Source: a virus. Taken from it: a stretch of DNA of 64,000 nt. Below are positions 1 to 12,000 of the stretch, one piece after another; position 1 is the first letter of the stretch; each line of letters starts with the position of its first letter. The stretch lies in IMG/VR virus record IMGVR_UViG_3300022833_000005, positions 43,937-107,936 of that record, one strand, 5' to 3'. Below the pieces are notes generated by a model. That model ran no database searches. It was given only the letters and a program-made list of their open reading frames with translations, and was not told the DNA's origin. The position numbers were made by a program, and so were the translations under genes.

Positions 1-2
1 CT

Positions 3-3000
3 ATGCCTAATTATTATACTGCTCAAGAAAGTAATGCTAATTGGTATTCACCTAAGTACTGGGCAACTGGTAACTTTCTATGGGATGGTGTAGTTAAAAA
101 TATGGGATTTGCAGCAGGAGCCTATTTTACTGGAGGTGTTTATACATCTGCATTAAAGGCTTTGCCTTATGCTTCTAGATTATTCTCTGTAGGAAAAGCA
201 GCAGAAACTTTAGCAGCAACTGAGGCTGGATTAGCTGGTACTAATAATGTGGCAAACGCTTATGGTAAAATAAGAAAATTATCTGATACGTTTTTAAAAG
301 ACTACAAATCACTTAATCTTGGTGGTAGAGTTTTAGTTGCTGGTTTATCTACAACAGGTGAAGCTGGTATAGAAGCTTTACATAGTAGTAATGAATTTAG
401 ACAAAAATTAATTGATAAACACATTGAACAATTTGGTGTTACACCAGTGGGAGATGATTTGGAAGCAATTGATATAGCTACAGAAGGAGCTGGTAATGCT
501 ACGTTCTTTACAAATGTTGCATTGTTAACTGCAACCAATTACATTCAATTTCCTAAAATACTAGGAAGTTCTTATAAAGCAGAAAAAGGAATAATCAATG
601 GACTAGTTAGAGAGATAGATGACATTGCATATAATGCAGGTAAGTTTACAAGTGTAGTTTCTAAGTATCCAAAACTTTCTAAACTAAATAAGATTAGACC
701 TTATACATTTTCTATATCAGAAGCATTTGAAGAGGTGAGTCAATACTCTGCAACTGTAGGTACACAAGATTATTATAATAAAAAATATAACGGTGAGGCA
801 ACTAGTTGGATGGAGTCAATTGGTGTTGGTATTACAACAGGTGCGTTTAGTGATGAAGGTGCTAAGAATGCTCTTATAGGTGGTTTATCAGGAGCTCTAA
901 TGTTAGGTAGAGGTAAGTATAAACAAAGTAAAGCAAAAACAGCTAATACAGCTAAGGCTATCGAACTTCTTAATAAAACATCACTTTCTGATTTTACAAA
1001 AGAAACTATAAACTCTGTAAATAGAGGAACTGTTCTTCAACAAGATAGAGAAGCAGCTCTTAAGATTGGCGACATTCTTAATAGTAAAAATATAGAAGCT
1101 GATTATATTATTAATTATCTTACTCCTAGAATTAAGTATGGTAGATTTGATTTAGTAAAAGCTGACATTACAGAATATCGTAACCTTGCTGCCACTGAAG
1201 AAGGGTTTGCACAATTACAATCTGAAGGAAAAGCTCTTGAATCAGATACTAAAGAAGCATATATAGCTAGACTTGATAGATTTGAAGAAACTGCAAATAA
1301 TACTAATTCTTTATGGCAATCACTTAACTTACGTTATAGTGGACAACTAGGTGAAGATGGGAAACCTACCTACACAAGTGACGTAATGAATAAGATGTTA
1401 TATGCAGCTGCTAAAGTTGCAGACTTTGATGTTAGGATACCAGAACTATCTGGCCCATTAGCCTCAGCAGGAATTGATACTATAGGTATAGTGCAATCCC
1501 TAATTGATGGAAATGTTGAAGCTTTTAATGAAGCAATCGTATCTATTAAAGGTATGGACATTCTTGCTGATGAAAAAGAAATACTTGCTACTCAATTAGA
1601 AGATCTTTCTGAAATAGCATTAGAAAGAAAAGATTTTATAAAAGCATATGAGGATATTAAAAACAACCCTAAAGAATATGCAGAAGCTCCATTAAGTGGA
1701 ACTACTGGAGAAGCTGCTACACACTCTTCAGAAACTATTAAAGTTAAGACTAAACAAGGTGAAATAGAAGTTGAATTAGGAACTGAATACTTTGTTGGGA
1801 AAGGTGTGGATTATTCAAAAGATCCATTAGATACTCCTGTAACTATTTCTCAATTTGTAGTAGAAGGTGTAAATGAAGATGGCACTCTTAAAATAAAAAC
1901 TCAAGATGGGAATATAAAAGATGTATCACCAGATGTTCTTGAGAATTTTAAAATAGGAAAAGTTTCTACATTAGAAAATAATAAAACTGCTAACTTTTTC
2001 TACAATAATAGAAATGATATCTTTGAATTTAACTTTGGTAAAAACTTTGGAGGTAGAAGAAGAGGTAGACTTGAGTATCAAGATGGTAAACTTTACTTTG
2101 TATATTTAACTCCTAAAGGAAAGGTTGCAAAAAAAGAACTTAATAACTCTCATTTTATTCCACAAAAGGATTTTAAAATGCCAAGGGTATCTAAAGTGGG
2201 GAATGTAAACAGTCCACAACAACAGGAAGCTAGAGAACAATTTTTATCACCTGCTGAGGTAGCTGCACAAAAAGCTACACTTGCTAAAAATAGAGATGCT
2301 CGTCTTGAGGTTCTTTCACAGCTTGGTCAAGAAGCTACAGAAAGCCTTGAAGAAATAAATAAGAACTTAGAAAAACAAACTAGTGAATTAAATAAAGTTA
2401 AAGAAGATTTAGAAAATATAGAGAAAATGAAAGTGGCTGGTCTTAATGGTCCAAAAATTAAATTAAACTTCTCTAAAGCAACTAAAGTATTTACACAAGC
2501 TTTAAATAAACTTACTAAATTACAAAATATTATTGAAGCTGATATAGCTGACCTTAATAATCAAAAAGAAGAACTAGAACTTAACATAGCTTATTTCCAA
2601 GATTTTACAAATGAGATAAGTGATTTACCAGAAGATAGTGATGAATTTTTACAAGAACTTAAAGACCAAGTGAGTCTATTAGTTGATAATGGTAAAAATT
2701 TAAATAATGCATTGTCTGCAGCAAATAAATTAGCTAAGGGTGTGGATAAGGCTATTAAGGATGTCACTAAGTTATTTAGAAAAACATTAAAGGGTGCATA
2801 CATTGTTGACCAAGACTATTCACAATATTTAAGTGAGTTATTAGATTTAGTAGCTGCAGGTGAAAACTTAGCAGTAAACTGGCCACTTCTAAAAATAGAA
2901 ATGGCAAACTTTGCTCTTACTAGTGATCTCTCTAAAGATGCTACAGTAAATGATAATTCATTAATTAATGCAATTGATTCTGTAAAAAAATTAACTAAAG

Positions 3001-6000
3001 ACTTAGCTGATATGAGAGCTGAGTACAAAGCTAGAAAAATTATTACAGATAGGTTTCAAAAGATAATGAATGAGTATAAAGCTCAAGTTAGTCAGGAAGA
3101 AAAACTTACTAATAATAATAAATTAGTCAATCAATTATTATCTACTGCTGATAATGGTCCTGTAATTGATTCATCTAACTCAGTGGCATTTGAAGCTGAG
3201 TCTAAAAAATCAAATGAAATAATACCTAGAGCAACAGTACCTGTAGATGAGGATAAAGCACATCAAGTTAGAGCTAATTTATTTGGATTAAATCTAAATT
3301 CATTTTCTAACAGAGATAGTATACGTGGTATATTTGTTACAGCTAATACACAAGATCAACTATTACCTGGTGTAATAGAAAGAATGCTAGATAATAATGC
3401 AGAACTTATTGAAAAGTTCAAGGATGGTATGATTATCATGGTAATGATTGATGAAAGTGGGGCTCTTGTAGGTGTTGATGGAAAACCTATACCTAAAGAA
3501 TCAATCCTTTTAGATAATGCAATTTATCAAACAATGCCTTCACAAAGTTTAACTAGTGGTGGAATGTTTAGAGAATCTACAACTCAAGAAGTTAAAGATA
3601 GTGTTATTGAACAATATAAAGCTTGGCAAAAAGAAACATTAAGTCAAACCACATTAGGTATACCTCAAGAAATAGATGCCTCTTTTGGGTCAACTGAATC
3701 TAATCAAAATAATACAACATCTGCACAAGATGCAGGATTAATTACAGAAGATGATTTAGAAATACAAGATTTAATTTATATTCCTACAACAAACAAGGCT
3801 GCATCTAAAGGTACAGTTGCTTTCAATTCTCCATTTGGAAGTGTGTTTTTAGAACTCCCTAATGGATATGTAAAACTTAAGAATAGAATACATACAAAGG
3901 CTGAAGCTACTGCAATATATGATTCAGTGCTACAACTAGCTAAAAATATGTTAGATGTTTCTAGTGGAGGTATCAACAGTGATAGCTCTGTAAGAATTTT
4001 AAGTTTTTTAAGAGGTGTTGTATATTGGGGAATTCCAAAAGATCAACAAGGTAATAGAAAAGAAACTGGAAACAATAGTGTATTTTTTGAAAAAGATAAA
4101 GCTACTGGTTCATTAATGTTAGTATTGTCAAAGGATGGTACTACTTTTAAATTTACACCAAGTCAATTAGAAAAAAATAAAGTATTGATTATTAATAAGT
4201 TAGAACAGATGTATAATAATGCAACTGGATCTAAATCAAAAGATATAAATAAGAAGTTTGAACAAATAATATCTATATCTATAGATGGAGAATTTAAATC
4301 TGTAACCTGGTTAAATTATCAATCATACTTATTATCAAATAAAAACCCTGATGGTTCTCAAAGAGAAGGGTATCAAGTACCATTGTCTACAACAATCAAT
4401 CCTGAAGAAGAAGGTAAGGTAAATAGAAAAGGTATATACTTTTATACTACTAATACTGCTGATGATTTTATTATCCCAGAACCTAAAGCAGTAGTTAAAC
4501 CTATAGTTCCAAAAGTTCTATTACCTAAAGGGGCACCAACAGTTGCTTCAACTGATACAGAATTTGAATTTACAGTGGGTGGAGCACCTACTGGAAAATG
4601 GAAATTAGATGGAGTTTCAGTGAACACATATGTTTCTCCAGATGGAAAACAAATAATGTTTACAGCTTCAGCTGATACTAATATGGATAATTACACTGAA
4701 ACAATTTCAATATTGAAAGGTGGTGATTTAGATGCTGTTATCAAAACAATAACAGATGCAGGAAAAGACTTTAAACAGATACTAAAACAAACAGTATATA
4801 ACGCTATTGCATCAGAACTTACTGTTGATGCATCACAGGCAGCATATATAGAAGCTATAACACCTGCTCCTGAAGTAATTGCTCAAGATTCTGAATTTGA
4901 GTTTACAGTTGTTGAACAATCTGCACAAGATCAAATAGATGCACTTGAAGATCAGATTAATAACATGATGTCTGATATTAATTCAGAAGATCTTCGTATT
5001 GCTATTGAATCAGAAGCTGATAGAATTAAACCAGAAAATTGGAATAAGGTTGAAGCTTTCTTAAAGAAAAACTTTCCAAATCTTCCTGTATATAGAGTGA
5101 AGAATATTATTCAAGCTACTAATGGAAGACAAGCTTGGGGTATGTTTAAGGATGGAGCTATTTATGTATATGAAAATGCAGAAACTGGTACAGCTTATCA
5201 TGAAGTGTTTGAGGCTGTTTGGAAAATGTTTACAGATGTTAAAGAACAAGGTTCTGTAATTAATGAATTTAAATCTAGACAAGGAACCTTTGTAGATAGA
5301 CCTACAGGGAAAACAATTAAATACTCTGATGCTACTGCTGCTGAAATAAAAGAAGAACTTGCTGAAGAATTTAGAGATTATATACAAGATAAAAAGATTC
5401 CAGGTAAATCAAAAGGTGGATCATTTATTTCTAGGCTATTTGCAGATCTTAAAAACTTTATTTCAAAATTTCTTTTGGGTAAAGATGCACAGTCTAAAAC
5501 TGAAGAGTTATTTTCTAAAATAGGAAATGGCTATTATAAAAAACATATGCCATATGCTACAAAGCTATCTATGGCTAAAGAAGGAATAATAAGTATTGAT
5601 GATGCATTTGCTACATCTGAATCTGAATTTAGATTAAAAACTCTAAGTGATAGACAAAGTGCAGATGTTAATGATGAAATGACCTTTCTTCTTATAAATA
5701 GTTTGATTAAAACAGATAGAAGTTTATTTAATATACCAAGTCTTTCATCAACAGAAGTTTATGATAACTTAAAGGTGGGTGTTCTAACAACTATTAGAAA
5801 AAAAGAAATAGCAATTAATAAGTTACTTAAAAATGGAACTGATCTTCCTGTAGGTACTTTGTTATCTATGGTTGAGCAAAATCAACAATTAGAAAGAGAT
5901 GTTGTTTCTGACTGGACAAGACTTGTAGAAAGACATAAAGAATATATTAGATCTTTTGAAATTACATTTGATGAAGCTGATAATGTTCAATTAGGTGAAG

Positions 6001-9000
6001 AAAATAAAATTAAAGAAAGTAATAAATTTGATGCAACAAAAATAGATAGTTTTAAAAAATCAAATGTTGCTATTAGATTATTATTAGCATCAAATCCAAC
6101 ATATAGTGAAAATGGTAAACCTGTTTTATCATCAATAAACGGTAGGAAGTTAATGCCTGTAAGTAAAACATTTATAACTTTAATGAACAGACTTCATAAG
6201 TCTACTAGTATAGAAGATATGATGTCTAAGTTGGGTAGTATGGCAATGGAAGATCCTGCATATAAAACTCTTTACAAGCGTATAACTAAAACAGATGCTA
6301 CACCTGGTGCAGTAGATTTAAGTAAAATAGATACTACATATGGAGCATCTTTACTTTCTGGAATGTGGAAAACATTTAAGAAACAAAATCCAGATGTTAA
6401 GAATGTATTTATTTTTGATAATGGGGAAGTAGCTGTAGGTGATGCTGCTCTTTCTAGTGCAGCTAATCAATTAAGATCTGAATATATTAATTCTATTGCT
6501 ACATTAGCTAAAGCTGGAAAAGGTTTCTTTACATACGATGTTAAACAAAATGCATACTTTGTAAGTAAGAAAAAGTTAGGAGCTGCTCCTACTAATACAT
6601 ATACAGAAATGGTAAGCTTTCTTGCACAGATGGGTATTCCATTTACTGTAGCAGAAGTTAAAAGATTAAAAGGTTCTAATCAAAGAGTATTTTTTAATGC
6701 TGTAAATGGTATTAAAAGAAGTCTTGCAATATCTGGTAAGATTACAAGTCTTTCTAAAAAAACATTAGATATAAATAAAAGATTATTAGAATTAGGTATT
6801 TTAAAAACAGCAATTGCTAACCCAGAATTTAGTAGTACATATTTTAATGTAAGTGGTGAGCGTACACAATCATTCATAGGAACTAATGCCGCTTCTGACT
6901 TACACAATGCACTATCATCTATACAAAACTTAAGTGAATTAGCAGGAACTCAATATGAATATATATTAACAGATAGTTTCTCAAAAGGTTCTAATATAAT
7001 AAATAGAATGTTTACTTCATCTGGACAACGTAAACCTGATATTGATTTATTTAATGTTGCATATGCTGGTGGTACAATAAATGAGGCTAAAGGTCAACAA
7101 AAATCATCTGCTAATCTTACATTTACACAAAGACTTGCTCAAGAATTAAATATGAACTTAAGTGGTCAATATTTAAACTTGATACCAGGAGATGCTTCTA
7201 TTGAATGGATGTTAAATATGGGTAACCCTATTCATGCAAATGATTTTAGTAGAGGTTTTACAGATGTGCATGATATATTTAAAGGGTATTTTTTATCTGA
7301 ATTTGAATTATCTAAAGAAGATAGATCGATAGCTAATGTAAAGAATAGAGAAACTAAAGATTTACGTTTCTTCAAAGGTATACTGGGAGATAGCTTACAT
7401 GCTGATGTAATTACAACAGAAGGTACAGCAGAAGAGGTGTATATTATGTTTGAAACTAAAATTAAAGAAGCTACTGAGCAATTTATAAAAAAAGATGTAG
7501 GTAGATATATAAAATATTTACAGGCGTATGGTGTATTATCTAATATCGATGGGACATATACATTTAAAAATGTAGACCTTGCTGCAGACATGGATGCAAA
7601 TCAAATGATTAGACAGCTTACAGCTATCAATGTTAATTATATGATTGCTAACATTGAAATGCATAAGTTACTATACTCTGACCCGTATCAATATAAAGAT
7701 GAACTTAAACGTACAAAGAGTTTTAACTCTCCTCGTCAGGCAATTGTAAGTAATTCACCTAAGATGAATGTTGCATTTAATAATGTATGGAATGAAGGAT
7801 TTAAAAAAGGAGACGTTGGTTATACTAATTTTACACAAGATTATTTTCGTACAACTACTCATAAAGATGTAATAGGTATTGTAGATTTACCTGGTTATGG
7901 TTCATATGAAGAAACTGATGGTGGTGGTATAATATCACAGAAATCATATCGTGAGTTTAGAATTAGAGCTAGTGATTGGAATGAGAATGAAGAGTTGCAA
8001 TACAGGTATGATGTAGCTTTTGAAAAACGTGATAAAAAAATAAAGTTAAGTAAATCTGAAATTGAAATTCTTAAAAATAAAAATCCTGCAATTAAAAGTG
8101 CTTATACATCACTTAAGCCTATTGTGTCAGGATCTAAACTTGGTAAAGATGGGAACTCTTCTAAATTCAATAATGTTGTATTAGATAAGTATGCACTATA
8201 CCCTCTATCTTATAGAATCTTAAAAGAACTTAATGCTGATTCAAATGCATTAAAGTTATATAATAAGATGCAAAATGAAGATGTTGATTATATTGTATTT
8301 GACTCTGGTAGAAAAGTAGGTGCTGAAACATCACATGATACATATAATAAAGATGGATCATTTAATGATGGTGAATATATAGATATAGTTAATATACCAT
8401 TTTCAATAATGAGCTTACAATCTGAAGTTCCATCTAAAGGATCGGCATTAGTTACTAGAGGATCTCAAGTGACAAAGTTGATTACCATGGATTACATGGA
8501 TAATGGAGTTCCTTCTGATTTCTTTTCTGGTAAAGAAATTAGTGCTAGATATAAAGCTTGGCATAAATTAACTGAGAAAGATAAAAAACAAAGATCTCCT
8601 TTATATAAAGAGATAGTTCACAATCAAGAATTATTAGTAGAATTAACCAATGAAGGATTTAGCACAATGCTTGTCCGTCTAGGTATTATTGAAAAAGATG
8701 GAGAGTATATTGTAGAAGATTTTTCAGAAGCTACTAAAACATTACGTGATGAATTATTTAAAAGAGAAATTAATGATAACATAAGTGACGCACTAACTGG
8801 ATTTTTAGATGGTAAGTCTGTATTAGAAGCTACTCCAGCGTATCAACAAATTAAAAATATACTATATTCAATTGTAGATAAACAAATTGTTTCTCCAAAA
8901 ATATCAGGAGGATTAAAAGTACAAATACCTTCTGCACTACTTGAATCAACTCGTACAGAAGAAACTACAATTAATGGGAAGAAAGGTTACACATCTGATG

Positions 9001-12000
9001 TTCTTAAATTTTATGAGGATAAAGATGGAGAAAGGGTAATGGAGATAATGGTTGGACGATGGTTTAAAAGCCCAAAGTCTGATGCTGAATTATTAGAATA
9101 TTTTAATAATACAAAAGAAGGTCAAAAAATATTATCTGGATTAGCTTTCCGTATACCAACACAAAAACAAAATTCTATTGATGCAATTAGAATTAAACAA
9201 TTTTTACCAGAGGAGTTTGGTGATAATGTTGTTGTTCCTGCTGGAATAGTTGCTAAGGTGGGATCAGATTTTGATATTGATAAATTATCTATTTACTTAA
9301 AGAATGTCTTTATGAATAAAGGTGATTTAAAACTTGTACCATTCTTTGGGTTTGGTCAACAAGCTAAAGATAAATTTGCTGCTATATTTGATCAAGGAGG
9401 TTTATTTACTAAAGAACAAAAACGTCAATTAGATTCTCTTGGTGCATTGAAAGCTTTTGAAGTGGAAGGATTGTTTGATACAGAAGAAGGAGAAACTTTT
9501 AAAGATTTACTTGGCCAGATGGGTATAGTTGATCAAGAAGACACACTGGTTACTTTTGTAAATGAGATGTCTGAAATAGGAGTAAAGGATGCAGTGGTAA
9601 ATAGATTATATAAACAATCTTTAGAGAATGAATTTATTCAATCATCTGAGAATTTAGTAACTCATCCATCAAACTTTCAGAGATTAATTACACCTAATTC
9701 TGCGGAGCAACTAAAAGCTCTTGGTAAATTTATTGCTGAAAAAACTACAGGTGGTACTTTTGATTATACTGATGTGTCAAACATGTTAGATAGAAGGTTC
9801 ATGGCTAGGCTTAGACATTCATTTGTTATAGGTAAACAAGCAATTGGTATTGCTGCAGTAAATCAAACTAATCATTCTTTAAATCAAAGATCTGCTGTAT
9901 ATGTAGATAAAGATAGAATGTCTAATGTTTCCATAGAAGATGCTGCATGGTTAACGGTAGGTAATGGTGATGTTAATTTTGAAAAATTTAATACAATTAA
10001 TATAGATGGAAGAAACCTTCCGTCATTATCAGGTGTAACTAATTCAGATGGTCAATTGATATCTGATATACTTGGTCAATTTATTGATGGTTATGTAGAT
10101 ATATCTAAAGGTCCTTGGATTATGGAACTTGGTGCTAAACCAAATGTTGCTGCCACATTTATGTTTTTAACAAAAATAGGAGTGCCAATTGATACAGTTT
10201 CATATTTCATGAATCAACCTATAATTCGTGAATACTTACAAGCAATTGAGAATAAAGGATATTCTTATTTGTTTATCCAGGATATAGTTAATGAAACATT
10301 AGAAGAGTATGATAATAGAGACACATCTGTTATAGAAAGAATCCCTACTAAAACTCTACTTAGAGGTAATGTAGGTAAAGAATCTTTTACTGCTAAAGAA
10401 AAGAACGAACAACAATTTATGTTATTAGAGTTCTTGAAGTATGCTAAAATGGCTAGTCAGTTATTTGAAGTTACACAAGGAACAAACTTTGATACATCAA
10501 ACTTTAATGATCCTTATTTAATATTTAAAAAAGGTGTACAGTTAGAAAGAGCAAAAAATACAATAATATCTTCAGTTGATGAAATTCTTGAAAATTCTTT
10601 TATAGGAAACTTAGCTGGTAAATTAAACCAGAGTAGAGATGCAATGGCTAATTTTCTAGTATCAGATAGAGGTACAGTGAGAGAGATTATACAAAAAGTT
10701 TTATTACCATACACAGGTGGAAATATAAATAATAAAAAGTTTGTAGGTATAGCAAGAAAAGTAGTCAATGATTTATTTGATTATGTTGTACAAACAGACC
10801 AGAATTTTAATTTAGCTTTACAAAAAATGTTATTGAGTGACAAAGGTGTTGCTTCTCAATTAGTTACATTTCTTAATCAAGTTAAGAAAAATCCAAGACA
10901 TCCTTTATTTCACAATCATGTAATTAATTTACTTGAAGTGAGAGCTCCCATTAGAGGTGGTGATTCTCTTCCTACTAATATAACTCTTAAGAATACTGAC
11001 AATAAAGTGTATGATCAAAATAGTATCATATATGGATTTCGTGAATTAAAAGAAGCATTAGAAGGTCAAAGTGATTTATATGATAATATAGTTACATTAT
11101 CTATATTACAATCAGGATTAGGTAATTCACCTATATCTTTTACATCACTTCTTCCTTATGAAGACTTTGAAAAAATATACAATAAATCCTTGTCTAAGAT
11201 TGAGAATATTCCTAACTTGAACGAATTTTACACCATTGGTGTATTTGAGAGAAATAATTGGAGTAAAAGTGATATAGTCCCTAGTACCAGTCTGTTTTCA
11301 AAGTTTGATGATAGGAAACAAAAGTTTGTTTATCCTAGTATAGAATACCTTCCGTCAAATGTAAAAGCTGCTATAACTAAGGGTACTGTTCCACAAATTG
11401 CAACCCAATCAGTATCGAGTGGTCAAGTTAATGATGATTACAAAGTGATGAGTTGGAGTAAGGATATTTCAAAATCAGCAAAAGCTGAAATGCGTAAAGC
11501 TGGAGATTATTCTTATATCAATAAAGGTTTGTTTAAAAAAGTATATCAATTAGATGGTACACCTTTAATTCATTCGTATGAAGATACCAAAGGTTTATTA
11601 AGGGAATACTTTGTATATAAAATGATAAATGCTTGGGGAGATAGTTTTAGAGCTCAAGAGTTTTATACAGAAGCTAAAGAGTCTGTTATTGATAATGGGT
11701 TTATAAAAGTGCCAAATGAAGTTTCAGATGCTACAGTTGTAAGTTTATATTCAAAAGAGAAACAAAAAAAAGTTACTAAATCTAATAGTATAACAGTTGA
11801 TCAAGCTAATAGTATAAATAATTTAAAAGATATAGAGCCTGCGTATAATCAATTTTCAAATTTTGATATACAATATGCAATTAATAGGCTAATACCTAAT
11901 AGTGAAAATAAAAATGTATTGTTTCATGGAACTGGTTTTGAAAATAAAATAACTTCTTTCAAGAAAAATAAGATAGGTATCTTTGCAAGTGACTTTACTA

